Position numbers and translations under genes: made by a program. DNA of 53,518 bases from Chara braunii (taxonomy: Eukaryota; Plantae; Charophyceae), in NCBI GenBank assembly GCA_003427395.1, contig BFEA01000025.1, positions 3,888,066 to 3,941,583 on the forward strand, written 5' to 3'. The notes under the pieces are model-generated. The model saw only the letters and a program-made list of their open reading frames with translations, searched no databases and was not told where the DNA came from. Below are positions 1 to 11,226 of this stretch, piece after piece. How positions within the stretch are numbered: position 1 is the stretch's first letter; the number at the start of each line of letters is the position of its first letter.

Positions 1-760
1 CCCTCTTTCCTCTGCTGTCTCTCTCCCCCCAACATGAGTACTCTCCTCTCTCTCGCTCTCTCCCTCTCTCCGTCTCTCCCTCCCTCCCTCTTTCCTCTGC
101 TGTCTCTCTCCGCCGCATTCTCTTTCTCCTTTCTCAACTTTTCTGCAATCCTCTTTTTTCTGTGCACACCGACGTGAGGAAGTCGGCGTTCTTCCCTGTG
201 ACGATTGCTGCCTTCGCCCGACCATAATTGCAGCATCTGGAATGTAAACTGCGCCAAATGCAGATATAATGACCGGGCGTTCTATGCGGTTGAAGACGGT
301 AGGCCGGTCCGCGCTACTGGTGCCGCTTCAGCAATCACGGCGCTGATTCGCTCTTGCCAGAGCCTACGGTTCGGATGCGCAGCGATGGGCCCTCCACTAT
401 TCGTGGTTCTACAAAATAGTATCCCTCGTTGGCACCGGATCATATCCGAGCCGCTTGATTGGGCCCCTTTTTTTTTTTTTTTTTTTTTTTGTTGATTTGG
501 CACTTATACCACCGTTGAGCCAACCCCCTCCCACCTGCCCCTTCACAACTGTCTCAGAGGTCGTGATGTAGCAAGCACTGTGCTGAACGGCGAAAGAGAG
601 AAGGGAAGTATGGTTAGGACCTCGGTTAAGGATTGTAGGCAAACAACTAAACGAGGCAATAGGGAGTTACCTATAGAAGAGGCCCGGGGGATGCTGAAGT
701 ACGTCGATCGCGTAAGGATTTCGAGGGGAGTCGGCGGCGAGCATACGTCAAACCTTCTCC

Positions 761-820
<60 letters not shown>

Positions 821-1388
821 CCCCCCCCCCCCGCCTCCCTCTCTCACTCTCTCCCCCACTCCGCTCACGCACAGGCATGCGCGGGATCCTTTTTCCCTCT
901 TCCTCGTCGCTGAGGCTGCCTATACGATTGCCACGCTATGTCATACACCGTGGTTCACCGATGTTGATCGTATAGTCGTAGCATAATGGATCTTAGCGTT
1001 GATCTATCGATCCAGCCAGGCACACAGTGACATCCTGCAGATGGTCACGTAGCTCTTCTCCCTTGCATGAAATGGAGATCCCCCCTTTAAAAAAGAAGTG
1101 AACCGTTTCGATTTTAAAGCGTCGACAGGACTATCCTATATGTATATTTGTGCTGAAGGATGATTACAGGTAGCCACTAGCCAGAGCGGAAACCGCGAAG
1201 TAAAGAAGGGGAAAAGAAACAAGGCAGAAGACTATCATCTTTCCCCCCAACACAACGCACCCTCATTATCGCAGTATTGGGCCGGAACGATAGGCTGTAC
1301 ACATTCGTTATCAGGGTGCGTTATGTTTGGGGGAAGACACTATTCCTTCCTTATCGAAGTAAGACAAACCCTTTGCCCCTGTCAAAAT

Positions 1389-1479
1389 GAATCCGGATAT
1401 GTACAGTCCCCGCAAGGACCACGCATGTGACCATGAATCCGGATATGTACAGTCCCCGCAAGGACCACGCATGTGACCA
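1389..1479. repeat. Tandem duplication of a ~45-bp unit
   Basis: TGAATCCGGATATGTACAGTCCCCGCAAGGACCACGCATGTGACCA occurs twice back to back. Confidence 0.9.
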
Positions 1480-2243
1480 TCCTGCCGACCCAGGTTCGTT
1501 CTGACAGAAGCAGAGTGGTTGAGGTGATTCTTTATCCAATCATGGATGCTCATACGCGTTCGAGAAACCCTGATCTGACAGAAGCAATGTGTTATGTATT
1601 GTCGAGCGAGAATTGAATCCATGATCTTGCTTTCCGTTATCTATTGTTGAGCAAGAACCATCCATCCGTGCGCGAAAATGCACTTGCACCATGGGCCGTT
1701 GCTTCAATCTTGAGAACGGAAAGCTGGGCCGTAGCATCAGTCTTAAGAAGGTAAAGTTGTACTGTACAAGATATGGGAGTTAGAAAAAAAAAAAAAAGAA
1801 CAATGGCTTCATGGAAAGCAAAGGGGGAGCCATGTGGATGATGTGGATGATGTGGATGATGACAAGGGGGCACCAATAGAAGGGGGGGTTGTGGACTAAG
1901 AGCATGCTACCAGAACCGGTGGCAGTAACCTGTCGGAAAAGAGAGTCTCTGCCATTTGAGACTATGAACGATGGATTCGGGGGAGATTCAAAGGAGCATG
2001 CACTTTCTATAGTTGCCAATGGCATAACGAACTGATGTTGGAGGATGTGCAGCAGACACAGACTAAGGCCGTGCTCCACTGCCCCCGCTGTACCCCCCTC
2101 CCCCCCAAAAAAAAAGGTGTTGTCCTCCAGGCCGTGGCTGAGCATACTGCCAAAGTGGTATTCACAAAAAGATGATCATTTGACAGTCGAGCCAAACCAT
2201 GTAGTTGCCCGCTTTGCGGCAGCAAAGCGTGTTCGTATTTATC

Positions 2244-2260
2244 TGTGTGTGCGTGCGTGC

Positions 2261-2299
<39 letters not shown>

Positions 2300-2319
2300 T
2301 GTGTGTGTGTGTGTGCGTG

Positions 2320-2376
<57 letters not shown>

Positions 2377-2488
2377 ATGTGTATAAGAGACAGGGACTCT
2401 ATGCCACAGGGAACAGAGGATATGGAGNNNNNNNNNNNNNNNNNNNNNNNNNNNNNNNNNNNNNNNNNNNNNNNNNNNNNNNNNNNNN

Positions 2489-2568
<80 letters not shown>
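2244..2568. repeat. Compound (TG)n/(GA)n microsatellite spanning an N gap
   Basis: Directly visible dinucleotide runs on both sides of the gap. Confidence 0.95.
2377..2393. other. Nextera/Tn5 mosaic-end adapter remnant (assembly artefact)
   Basis: ATGTGTATAAGAGACAG matches the 3' part of the Tn5 mosaic end AGATGTGTATAAGAGACAG and lies next to a gap. Confidence 0.9.
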
Positions 2569-2572
<4 letters not shown>

Positions 2573-2713
2573 ATTCGAAGCGGCTTTTCTGTTGAGAGCT
2601 ACGGATAACATGTACAGAAGGGAGGAAAGGTAGCTAGCATTTGACAGGGCTAACCAGGAAGGTCCTTGACGGGAAGGCTTCAGCTGGGCAGCAGGAGGCC
2701 TTGGGTACACTTA

Positions 2714-4761
2714 GGCCTGGACCCCACTGGCCGGCGGCTGGAAAAGTTTAGGCGTGGAAGGTCGATTTCGGACCCCACCAGGCCGCCGGGAAGTGCTTTT
2801 GAGGTATGCGAACGTGGGTTGCAGACCCCACTGCCGTCCTGGAAACCGTGGTGGCCGTGTTTCTAGATGGCTGGCGGCTGGAAAAGTCTCTGCCAGAAAC
2901 CGGCACTCCTTTTCCAAAGTGCCCTCTTTCTGGCTGGGGAGGGCAAAGCGCCAACCGGGGACCTGCAAGGTGTGGTGCAGTCCACGGGTGGTACAGACTT
3001 CAAGCTGAACCAGGACGAGACACTACGGTCGATTTCGTGTCGCATGAGTCGTTTGGATGGGCCGTTGGTGGTAGCAGACGGTGGTCCCCCGTCGTGGTCC
3101 CGCCGCACACCCACAGATGGCGGGAACGCAAAATTTGAATTTTGGCCGTGGGCGAACGGATTTAAAACGCGACAACATGTACTTGAGGCAGGTGGTTAGT
3201 GGAAGATAGAAGAAAAAAGACAGCACATTTGCATGCGGGTCGTTCACGAGTGCAGTCACAATCGGTTGTCGTTCCTGCTCCACGGCTGTCTTCTGTCCGA
3301 GCGTCGGCTGGACGGTCGATCTGCCATGCGGATACTCCATCATATCATGTGTTTCGGCTGTGGGGTTTCTGTCTGTGGTGCTACACAGCCGGGGAAGCCT
3401 TTTCTCTCGAAGGCTTTCTGCACGTCCTCCAACCGCTGTCCTGTAGGGAATCGTAGCAGATGACCGTACTCTCGGATGATGGCGTCGGCTGTTTCCTCGT
3501 TGCTGTGCAAAGCACTCGCTAGCCCCATACCCGACCCATGGGAGGACTGCCTGTAATAGCCACCGGCTTCCCCTCGAAGGCGTTCTGCACGTCCTCCAAC
3601 CGCTGTCCTGTAGGGAATCGTAGCAGACGACCGTACTGTTGGATGATGGCGTCGACTGTTTCCTCGTTGCTGTGCAGAGCACTCGCTAGCCCCATACCCG
3701 ACCCATGGGAGGACTGCCTGTAATAGCCACCGGTCGCCCATCTGATCAGCGCGCATTCAAACTTTTGACCGGCAGGTATCGGCAATCTGAAATTCGTAGG
3801 CGAACGGTGGATATGCGGGCTGATACGACCTAGAACTTCAAAGAAGAGAGGGCGTGGGAGTCTGCAAAAACGCAAGAAGACCTTATCGTGCTCAGCCCCC
3901 ACTCGCTGGAGGTCCTTCCACACACCGCCACTACACTCCAACACCCACAGACGGCATCGGCGGTCCATTGTCCTTCCCATCTCCTCCACCGCCAACGACC
4001 CCAGTGCAAAACCGTGCAACATCCCCCCTGCGAGAAGTGTAACAGCAGCGGAGACGTTTTGGAAGAGGAACGGCATTACCGACACTGCGTCCACGACTGC
4101 CATCGCTGCCGCGTATCGTCTGTTCACCCATTGAAGAATGAAAAAAAAACAGCATCAACGTTGCATCCTTGCAGTCTTCGTTAAGCACCCTGCCTCCTGA
4201 TGCATCCATGGCCTCTGACGCAGTACAACGTCCGGACGGCTGCCACCTTTGGCTATGGCACCCCACTGTCCCTCCGTTGATGGTGAACCCCACGGATTGG
4301 CACGCCGCAAGGGATGCCCGGCTACCAACGGGTGGATAGGCGGCCACAGGACACAACTGCGGGAAGGCTGGACCTGAACGACGATCTTCCGTTCGCAAGG
4401 CGCCAGGTTTTTTATTTACCGGAGAGGGACACCTGCAATGACACCGAAAAAAAATTGTCGTTGGTGCACCCGTTGCCTCTCCTGCTGGGTCGCCGCACTG
4501 GGACTCTGAACACCGTCGCACGGTGCCGGTAACGGTGTGCGATGCCAAGCACGGACAAACCGACCCGAGAGCCTACTGGTCCATGCAGCCCATCCATACT
4601 TTCCTTTTCAGGAGGGGGCCCTCTCCGGTTTCCTAATGCGGCAAGTCTGGCCGTTTCCAAAACCCCGCCAGCAGTCCGCGGTGGAGTTGGGCAGAAACGT
4701 GCCAAAAACTGTCCACCGGCATTGGCCAGCATTTTGCGGCCCGGCACCTTGGGTCCAGGCC
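2714..4761 (-). mobile_element. Internally deleted PIF/Harbinger DNA transposon
   Basis: Terminal inverted repeats GGCCTGGACCC (2714) and GGGTCCAGGCC (ending 4761). TTA TSD on both sides (2711-2713, 4762-4764). Contains a transposase fragment. Confidence 0.88.
3380..4127 (-). pseudogene. Harbinger/HARBI1-like (DDE_Tnp_4 type) transposase, N-terminal fragment
   Basis: Translation FLRFCRLPRPLFFEVLGRISPHI...IPAGQKFECALIRWATGGYYRQ...FPTGQRLEDVQKAFERKGFPGCV resembles the HTH region and the GFPGCVG(AID) motif of Harbinger transposases. It stops before the DDE core and is frameshifted by a 167-bp tandem duplication (~3400-3733). Confidence 0.8.
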
Positions 4762-4864
4762 TTACTATGCAACCGCGGAGGCAGTGTGGGGTGTGGGAAG
4801 TCGGCGTGACACCGACCTCGGGTTCGCATGTTTTTCGCGTGGCCGATCAGTGATGCCCCATGTC

Positions 4865-5088
4865 TTTTTTTTTTTTTTTCTTTTTTTTTTCAGGGTGTTC
4901 TCGAGGCCAAGGACCTGACCCTTGGTGATTGCTGGCAGCGGCAGCCAATGGTTGTCCTGACAGGATAGGCCACCTACCCTACCCATCCCCACGTTAATAC
5001 TCCCAGCGCACTCCCTGTCCCTACTATCCTACCTCAGTGTGACCAGCACTCAGGACCATCACCCTACCAGTATCGAGGGCAACTTGGA
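4865..5088 (-). mobile_element. 3' end of the tRNA-headed SINE-like family with poly(A) tail, cut by a gap
   Basis: Reverse complement of ~16670-16860. The poly(T) at 4865-4890 is the poly(A) tail on the minus strand. Confidence 0.85.
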
Positions 5089-5704
5089 NNNNNNNNNNNN
5101 NNNNNNNNNNNNNNNNNNNNNNNNNNNNNNNNNNNNNNNNNNNNNNNNNNNNNNNNNNNNNNNNNNNNNNNNNNNNNNNNNNNNNNNNNNNNNNNNNNNN
5201 NNNNNNNNNNNNNNNNNNNNNNNNNNNNNNNNNNNNNNNNNNNNNNNNNNNNNNNNNNNNNNNNNNNNNNNNNNNNNNNNNNNNNNNNNNNNNNNNNNNN
5301 NNNNNNNNNNNNNNNNNNNNNNNNNNNNNNNNNNNNNNNNNNNNNNNNNNNNNNNNNNNNNNNNNNNNNNNNNNNNNNNNNNNNNNNNNNNNNNNNNNNN
5401 NNNNNNNNNNNNNNNNNNNNNNNNNNNNNNNNNNNNNNNNNNNNNNNNNNNNNNNNNNNNNNNNNNNNNNNNNNNNNNNNNNNNNNNNNNNNNNNNNNNN
5501 NNNNNNNNNNNNNNNNNNNNNNNNNNNNNNNNNNNNNNNNNNNNNNNNNNNNNNNNNNNNNNNNNNNNNNNNNNNNNNNNNNNNNNNNNNNNNNNNNNNN
5601 NNNNNNNNNNNNNNNNNNCATTTACAGTGTAATCAGTGAGGGGATTCTGCAGACTGTTGAGGGTTCAGCCTCCTGATGAGTTGGTGAAAATCTGATGTTC
5701 TGTT

Positions 5705-6245
5705 TGTGACGATATATATATTTTTTGGCGAAAAGAGGCCGGGAATCCTCACAAACAACCTGGAAGTTGCCAGGGACCGGGGTCAATTATTTACCCAGCT
5801 TCAGTTTAACCAATCCATGAATCGGCTACCAGGGTGCCAATTACTGTTCCAATCAAGCGAGCTGCTCTTTATATACTAAACTAATTGAACTACCTAAACT
5901 ATAGGAAAAAGAGTCAAGGAAGCAAAACGCCCTTTTTACACTGAAGTTCCTGACCCAGGTATAGAGGCCAATCGCGGCCCATGGAAGCCGAGTTCCACCT
6001 ACCTTGACACTCCAGGCCCAAAAACCTCCTGCAGCTGTAAGAATCGAGTGCCATGGTTACTAATCAAGGCCTACTCTGAGGCAAACACACATTACCACCT
6101 TTTCCCCTGAATCCACGTTAGCAAACCAGGTTCTGCCTTTTTTTTTTTTTTTTTTTGTTGTTGTTGTTGTTGGAAACTCAGTCCTACCTCTGCACCAAGT
6201 GTCAACAAACCATCTGAGATTTTTGCCTGAGGGGCGGTCGTTACA
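5705..6245 (-). mobile_element. Possible LTR of a Ty3/gypsy-like element
   Basis: Inverted termini TGTGACGA...TCGTTACA, with a short purine-rich tract just outside the right end on the minus strand. No matching TSD. Confidence 0.35.
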
Positions 6246-6389
6246 ATTCCTCCGTCTGCGATCTGCCTGAATCTGGCTCACCCTTTTTTTTCGACGCCAG
6301 ATTTTCTGAAGAACGTAGCTGGCTCTGCTAGTGAGGGGAGGTGTCTTTTTTTTTTTTGTTTGAATTAGGCCCGTGCAGTGGGGTGTCTT

Positions 6390-6585
6390 AAACTACGCGG
6401 GAGTCATAAAAAATGAGTTATAATTGCACTATGGGCCAAGAAACAGTTTCAAATTGCAGTTTGGCCAATGTATACAACCCAGCTTTCTGGCCAGGTAGGG
6501 TGCCCGAAGTGCAATTGCAAACTGTATCTTGCCCCATAGTGCAATTATAACTCGTTTTTGTGACTCTACTGAAGTTACCCCTTTT
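6390..6585. mobile_element. Palindromic MITE, copy 1 (inverted relative to 7468-7670)
   Basis: Internal palindrome TTATAATTGCACTATGGG...CCCATAGTGCAATTATAA. Near-identical to the reverse complement of 7468-7662. Confidence 0.75.
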
Positions 6586-6894
6586 CTTTTCATGACTCAG
6601 TGGAGTGTCAACGGTAACAATAGTAAGCCACATCTTTTTTTTTTTTGTTTGCTTTTAAAATTTAAAGCAATCCCTGGTTGCAGCCTACTAGGGTGTGGCG
6701 TAAAGTAAGCCAAGTCAATAACACCAGTTCGGCAGTTACAGCAACATACTTGGGGGAAAGGACGGTGCTTGGGCACCTTTAGGTGCTCTTCAAAAAAATC
6801 GATCAGCTGATGATACTCGAAGGTTTGGATGTTAAATGGGGTGGCATGGCTGTTAAGGAATGTATCGGAGGTTAATCATTATTATAAACGACAG

Positions 6895-7020
6895 CACAGC
6901 AACAACAAGAAGAATAACGACAAGAAGTGCAAGAAAGACAAGAAGAACAGCACAACCAACACCAACACCAACACCAACACCAACACCACCACCAACAAGA
7001 ACAACAACAACACAGCAACC
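6895..7020 (+). repeat. (AAC)n/(ACCAAC)n microsatellite
   Basis: Directly visible. It explains the Asn/Thr-rich ORF 6829-7197. Confidence 0.9.
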
Positions 7021-7338
7021 TCCCTGCCAATAGATGGAGCTTTCACAAGCAAAAAAAAAAAAAAAAAAACTTGGGAGAAAACGAGGAAGACAAAAGGGAT
7101 GACTAATTATGTGAAAAAAAAGGAAAAAGAAGAAGATGCTATTCGTGTGAACCATAAAGGCTCAGGATCCATGGGCGATGATTTCACCAAGCTTTAGGAG
7201 CTCTTTCTGCAAAATTTACGACAAGCGTGGAAGGAATTTGATCGTTGTAGGATTACAGTTGATTGGTAAATCAAGAGAAAGTGAAGGGGACACGGATGCG
7301 AGAAGGATAAGTGGTAAAAAAAGAAGTCTGGATTGACC

Positions 7339-7464
7339 TTAAACCACCAGTACCTACGGCATTTTTCATACCCCCCCGCCTCCAATGAGTTTGGACTGCA
7401 GGGCCAGGCCGATTGGGCTTCCGTGTTAACGGCGGCCCCAACCGGTAGGTACTGGTGGTTTTAA
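7339..7464. mobile_element. TTAA-flanked MITE with ACCACCAGTACCT TIR
   Basis: TTAA-ACCACCAGTACCTAC ... GTAGGTACTGGTGGT-(T)TTAA. Confidence 0.85.
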
Positions 7465-7467
7465 AAA

Positions 7468-7670
7468 AAAAGGGGTAACTTCAGTAGAGTTGCAAAAACG
7501 AATTATAATTGCAGTATGGGGCAAGATACAGTTTGCAATTGCACTTCAGGCACCCTACCTGGCCAGAAAGCTGGGTTGTATACATTGCCCGAACTGCAAT
7601 AGGAAACTGTATCTTGGCCCATAGTGCAATTATAACTCTTTTCTGTGACTCCCACGTAGTTTTCCTTTAA
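7468..7670. mobile_element. Palindromic MITE, copy 2, possibly Kolobok-like (AGG...CCT next to TTAA)
   Basis: AGGGGTAACT ... AGTTTTCCT-TTAA, stacked directly against the TTAA of the preceding MITE. Confidence 0.6.
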
Positions 7671-8179
7671 GAAAAAGAAGAAGAGGGATATCGGAAGGGA
7701 AAAGAAAGAACTCTGTGAGCACATTTGCGATGTGCAATGTGTGTCACACTAGAACGTTGGCATAAGCATTTGTCACAGTGGGTCCCAGCCTACCCCCCGC
7801 CCCCACCCTTTTTCTTTCTTTCCCTCCTTTCTGAAAGAGTAGATTGGCAGTGCCACCAACGTGTCGCCGTGACAGGGAAGTCATGCCTTAGGCCGGGTGG
7901 CTCGTTGGATTTACAATCACACCTCCATTGGAGAACGCACCTCCGGATGGATGGATGTGTTTATGATCAGACTGCCACTCATGTTTATGGGACTGCAAGG
8001 GTCTGGCTCCAGTGGAATCATTCTAGAAATATCTGGACCTGAATTTTCCCCTGATGCATGCAGAATGTAGGAGCCCCACATTCATGCAAAATGTTGCCCA
8101 GCGGAGCGCGGCCCTGAAATGCCATAGTGGGGTGCAAAAATTTACTGGAAGGCACAGGTCAACTTGAAACCACTACTGG

Positions 8180-8345
8180 GGGCTTGTCCCACTAGCAGCT
8201 TCGAGTTTCCTCAACGCCCGAATATGGACGTATTTGTGGAGAGGTGCGGCCGAGGGAACTCGATGACATTTTCTGCACGCGTCCAGAAACATGTCCAGAT
8301 TCGGGAGTTGAGAAAACTCAACGCTGTTAGTGGGACTTGGGCCCT
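8180..8345. mobile_element. Harbinger-type MITE (GTCCCACTAGCA family)
   Basis: GTCCCACTAGCAGC ... GCTGTTAGTGGGAC inverted ends. Related copies at ~10465-10790 and 11077-11226. Confidence 0.65.
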
Positions 8346-8497
8346 GCACACCAAGCAACATTGTGGAACATCTTTTCTGGTTTTTGTCACCCTGCGGTGG
8401 ACTGTATCAAGGAGGGGCCGTTGGTGAAGAAAAAAGACACCCTGTTGAACCATTGAGCTCAACTCAATGGTGCGTGTTGGACATGGGCTGCACCCTG

Positions 8498-8658
8498 GGG
8501 CTCGGTCCCACCTGCGCATTTCCGTTGTAGGAGGTTACCACAAAGATAATGGCGGGCACCTAAGGACTATGGATTGACAAAATGGATTGTCTCTAGACGG
8601 CCGCCAGTCGCTTCGTGGTAGCCTCCTACAACGAAAATGAGCAGATGGGACCAAGCCC
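8498..8658. mobile_element. Harbinger-type MITE with ~45-bp TIR
   Basis: GGGCTCGGTCCCACCTGCGCATTTCCGTTGTAGGAGGTTACCAC pairs with GTGGTAGCCTCCTACAACGAAAATGAGCAGATGGGACCAAGCCC. CTG flanks both ends. Confidence 0.8.
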
Positions 8659-8668
8659 CTGCTTGGGG

Positions 8669-8671
<3 letters not shown>

Positions 8672-8712
<41 letters not shown>

Positions 8713-8860
8713 CAGGCTCCAATCTGTTCGTGGGGAGCATCACTTGCTGAGAACCGGGCTCAGCGTCCTGTCTCCAACCCCCCCAGCAGCATAGCAGGAA
8801 GACCCAGTGGCTAGCTACCACCACAACTACATCTCGGGTCAAACACAAGGGCAACAACAC
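8672..8860 (-). mobile_element. Retroposed 3' end with pseudoknot module (8716-8768) and poly(A)
   Basis: Poly(T) at 8672-8706 is followed almost immediately by the reverse complement of the module. Confidence 0.7.
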
Positions 8861-8868
8861 CAGTTTAT

Positions 8869-9427
8869 GGGGCTCGTTCGACACTCCTCGGGCGCGTAAA
8901 GTCCCCGAGGAATTGTTCGTTCCACCTATCCTCGGGGATGCAGTCAGCAAAAAAAAGTGAAAACACTCCGAAGGAAATTCCTTGGGCTCCGAGGATTCCC
9001 CAGCCATTTCTTCCTTTTGCCCAAGGGACCTCACAAGGTCCCTTGGGCAAAAGGAATCTGTGAAACACTCCGAAGGAAATTCCTTGGGCTCCGAGGATTC
9101 CCCAGCCATTTCTTTTGTAGTCCCAAGGGACCTCACGAGGTCCCTTGGGCAAAAGGAATCCGCGTTTCAAGGAGAGGAGTGGGCACATGGGTAGAGAGAC
9201 GTTACAACCGAGAATCTGGATCGTGGCGGCACCCTATTGGCTGAAGGCCTCAAACACATTTGTTTTTTTTTTTCTTTTCTTTTTTTCTTGTCTGACATCG
9301 TTCGAAGGAAATGTCCTCGGGCGACGTCCCCGCGGACAGGTGGAAAGATGGCGGGAATTTCCTTGAAAACGCCCAAGGAAACTTCCTTCGGCCCCGAGGA
9401 TGCCCCGAGGAGTGTCGAACGAGCCCC
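8869..9427. mobile_element. Harbinger/Tourist-type MITE with an internal ~103-bp tandem duplication
   Basis: TIR GGGGCTCGTTCGACACTCCTCGGG / CCCGAGGAGTGTCGAACGAGCCCC. The internal unit is repeated at ~8958-9060 and ~9060-9160. The TSD is imperfect (TAT/TAC). Confidence 0.8.
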
Positions 9428-9439
9428 TACGAGTTTCAT

Positions 9440-9720
9440 GGATGTGGTGTAGTTGGATACAACATAGAAAGGATCACCAATCCTTGACATCCACCGGCCC
9501 AACTGGCGGAGGGCGAGCCCGGTACCCTACACTTCCTACGATAGCATGTCTGAGCACACAAACAACCACATTGTTCAGGGACGCTGGACCCAATTTCCAG
9601 CAGGTGCTACTCCCCACCAATAGAGGGAGCCTCCCCGGCAGTGATAGTGGTGCCTGCTCCTACTAGCACTCGCTCAGGCTGTTCCAAAAAAAAAAGAAAG
9701 CAAAGAAAAAAAAAAAAGAA
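9440..9720 (+). mobile_element. Retroposed 3' end with pseudoknot module (9578-9630) and A-rich tail
   Basis: The module is followed ~55 nt later by AAAAAAAAAAGAAAGCAAAGAAAAAAAAAAAAG. The 5' boundary is uncertain. Confidence 0.65.
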
Positions 9721-9789
9721 GAATTACGTAGGTGTCAAGGTGAGCTTCAAGGATGAGTTCTTTTTTTTATTTTTTCACGGCCATTGGTG

Positions 9790-10110
9790 TGACCGCACCC
9801 TGCTTGTGGAGGTTTAGTTCTGGTTTCAAAGATTTTTCAACATGGTCACACCATGGGCGTGAAATTTTGAGATCGGATGGCAGGGACGCGCAGATACTCT
9901 AATCGAGAACTAAACCTCCTCAAGTGGGGCACGGCCACGCTGAACCTCCCTAAGTGGGGCACGGCCGCGCTCCCACGAGAGGAGGTTTAGTACTGGTTTC
10001 GAGTATGCATGGGTTCATGCCATCCAATCTAAAAATTTCATGGCCACGATGTGACCATGTTGAAAAATACTCTAGATGCGAACTAAACCCCTGCAAGTGG
10101 GGCAGGCCCC
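9790..10110. mobile_element. Two head-to-head copies of a ~145-bp MITE
   Basis: 9793-9937 and ~9960-10110 are diverged reverse complements (GGAGGTTTAG...CTAAACC, CAACATGGTCACA/TGTGACCATGTTG). Confidence 0.7.
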
Positions 10111-10486
10111 CAGTCAGACCTACCAGATGCCAGCAGCTTATTTGCCCAGGAGGCTGAACTGACACCTGGCCCCCTTGTGCGGTCTTGTTCATCTGCGGCA
10201 TCCTCGATGGGGTCGCTGGGTAGACAGCCTAGTGATCTGTGGTCCCCTTGTGGCCCATAGACCCAGTAAGGCTTACCTGACCTAGGGCATGCTTGTCCCT
10301 CCCTAGGCCCGCAAAGGCTGAATTGACCGGTGGCCGCCTTGTGCCCCGGTGAGGCTGACTGAGCTGCAGCCCCTCGTGCAGCAGGGTCCTCAGGTATAGC
10401 TCACTATCACGCACTTGAACAGTACCTATAGAGCAAATGGAAGGTCATGGTGACCTGTAGGGAGGCCCCACTAGCAAAGGCTAGGG

Positions 10487-10657
10487 TTGAACCACGAGTA
10501 CCTTTCCCTTATATGGGCTGCGGGCCCCTCACCGCGACTTTTGGAGGCCTGAATGGCAACACAGGGCGCTGATGAAACTTATCAACGGTGGCCCAGCCCT
10601 GAAAGTTGCCACGACATATTTGATTTTCGAGTGGGGAAAGGTACTGGTGGTGGTTAA
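10487..10657. mobile_element. TTAA-type MITE nested inside a Harbinger-type MITE
   Basis: TTGA-ACCACGAGTACC ... GGTACTGGTGGTGG-TTAA. The interior is homologous to 33905-34066. Confidence 0.75.
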
Positions 10658-10842
10658 GTTTATGAATCTGAACGTGTTTTATGCAGAGATTCATAACCCA
10701 GTTCCAATCGCTAATTTCTGCACCACTCAAGAAACACGTCCCTGTTCAGGCCGATTGCCCCTAATGAGGCCTAGACTGGGGTGAGGTCTTACTTGTCCAG
10801 GTTCTCTCTCTTTTCGTTTATTTTCTCCTTTTCCCCCAGATG

Positions 10843-10898
10843 AAAAGGGTGATGGCTTCCAAAAAAAAAAAAAAAAAAAAAAAAAAGGGTGATGGCTT
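10843..10898 (+). mobile_element. Solo poly(A) retro-insertion with TSD
   Basis: AAAAGGGTGATGGCTT + CC + A26 + GGGTGATGGCTT. Confidence 0.75.
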
Positions 10899-11076
10899 TG
10901 AGGTGATTCAGGGGGATTTTTATACCAGGATTCAAACTGAGGTCTGCTTTATAGACGATTCATGGATGTATTCTTCTGGCTGTTGATCTTTGTAATCTCA
11001 GCCCCAAATGAAGCTCCCCAAATGAAAATAAAAAACAAATGAAGTATCCGGATAAGTAGGACTTGCCCCTGCTACG

Positions 11077-11226
11077 AGGTCCCACTAGCAAAGAGGATGG
11101 GCTCCTGAATCTGGACGTGTTTCATGCAGAGATGCAGAAAAGCAGATCAATCCGATTTTCTGCATGTCTCCTAAAACACGTCCAGATTCAGGCGTTCAAT
11201 CCAGTCCTTGCTAGTGGGACTGGGCC
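11077..11226. mobile_element. Harbinger-type palindromic MITE
   Basis: GTCCCACTAGCAA...CTGAATCTGGACGTGTTT pairs with AAACACGTCCAGATTCAG...TTGCTAGTGGGAC. Confidence 0.8.

Noticed and set aside
543-975. ORFs rich in RE/SL/CV/HT dipeptides (also 2045-2710, 19826-20588, 36853-37310, 44738-45086)
   Set aside because: They are translations of dinucleotide microsatellites.
1866-1890. Possible eleventh module copy (CACCAATAGAAGGGGG)
   Set aside because: Only the 3' half matches. The S1/S2 5' strands, hairpin and poly(A) are absent.
5039-5632. Long ORFs spanning N runs (also 51625-52619)
   Set aside because: They are open only because of assembly gaps.
8958-9160. CRISPR-like palindromic repeats
   Set aside because: Only two ~103-bp units with no unique spacers, inside a MITE in eukaryotic DNA, with no cas genes.
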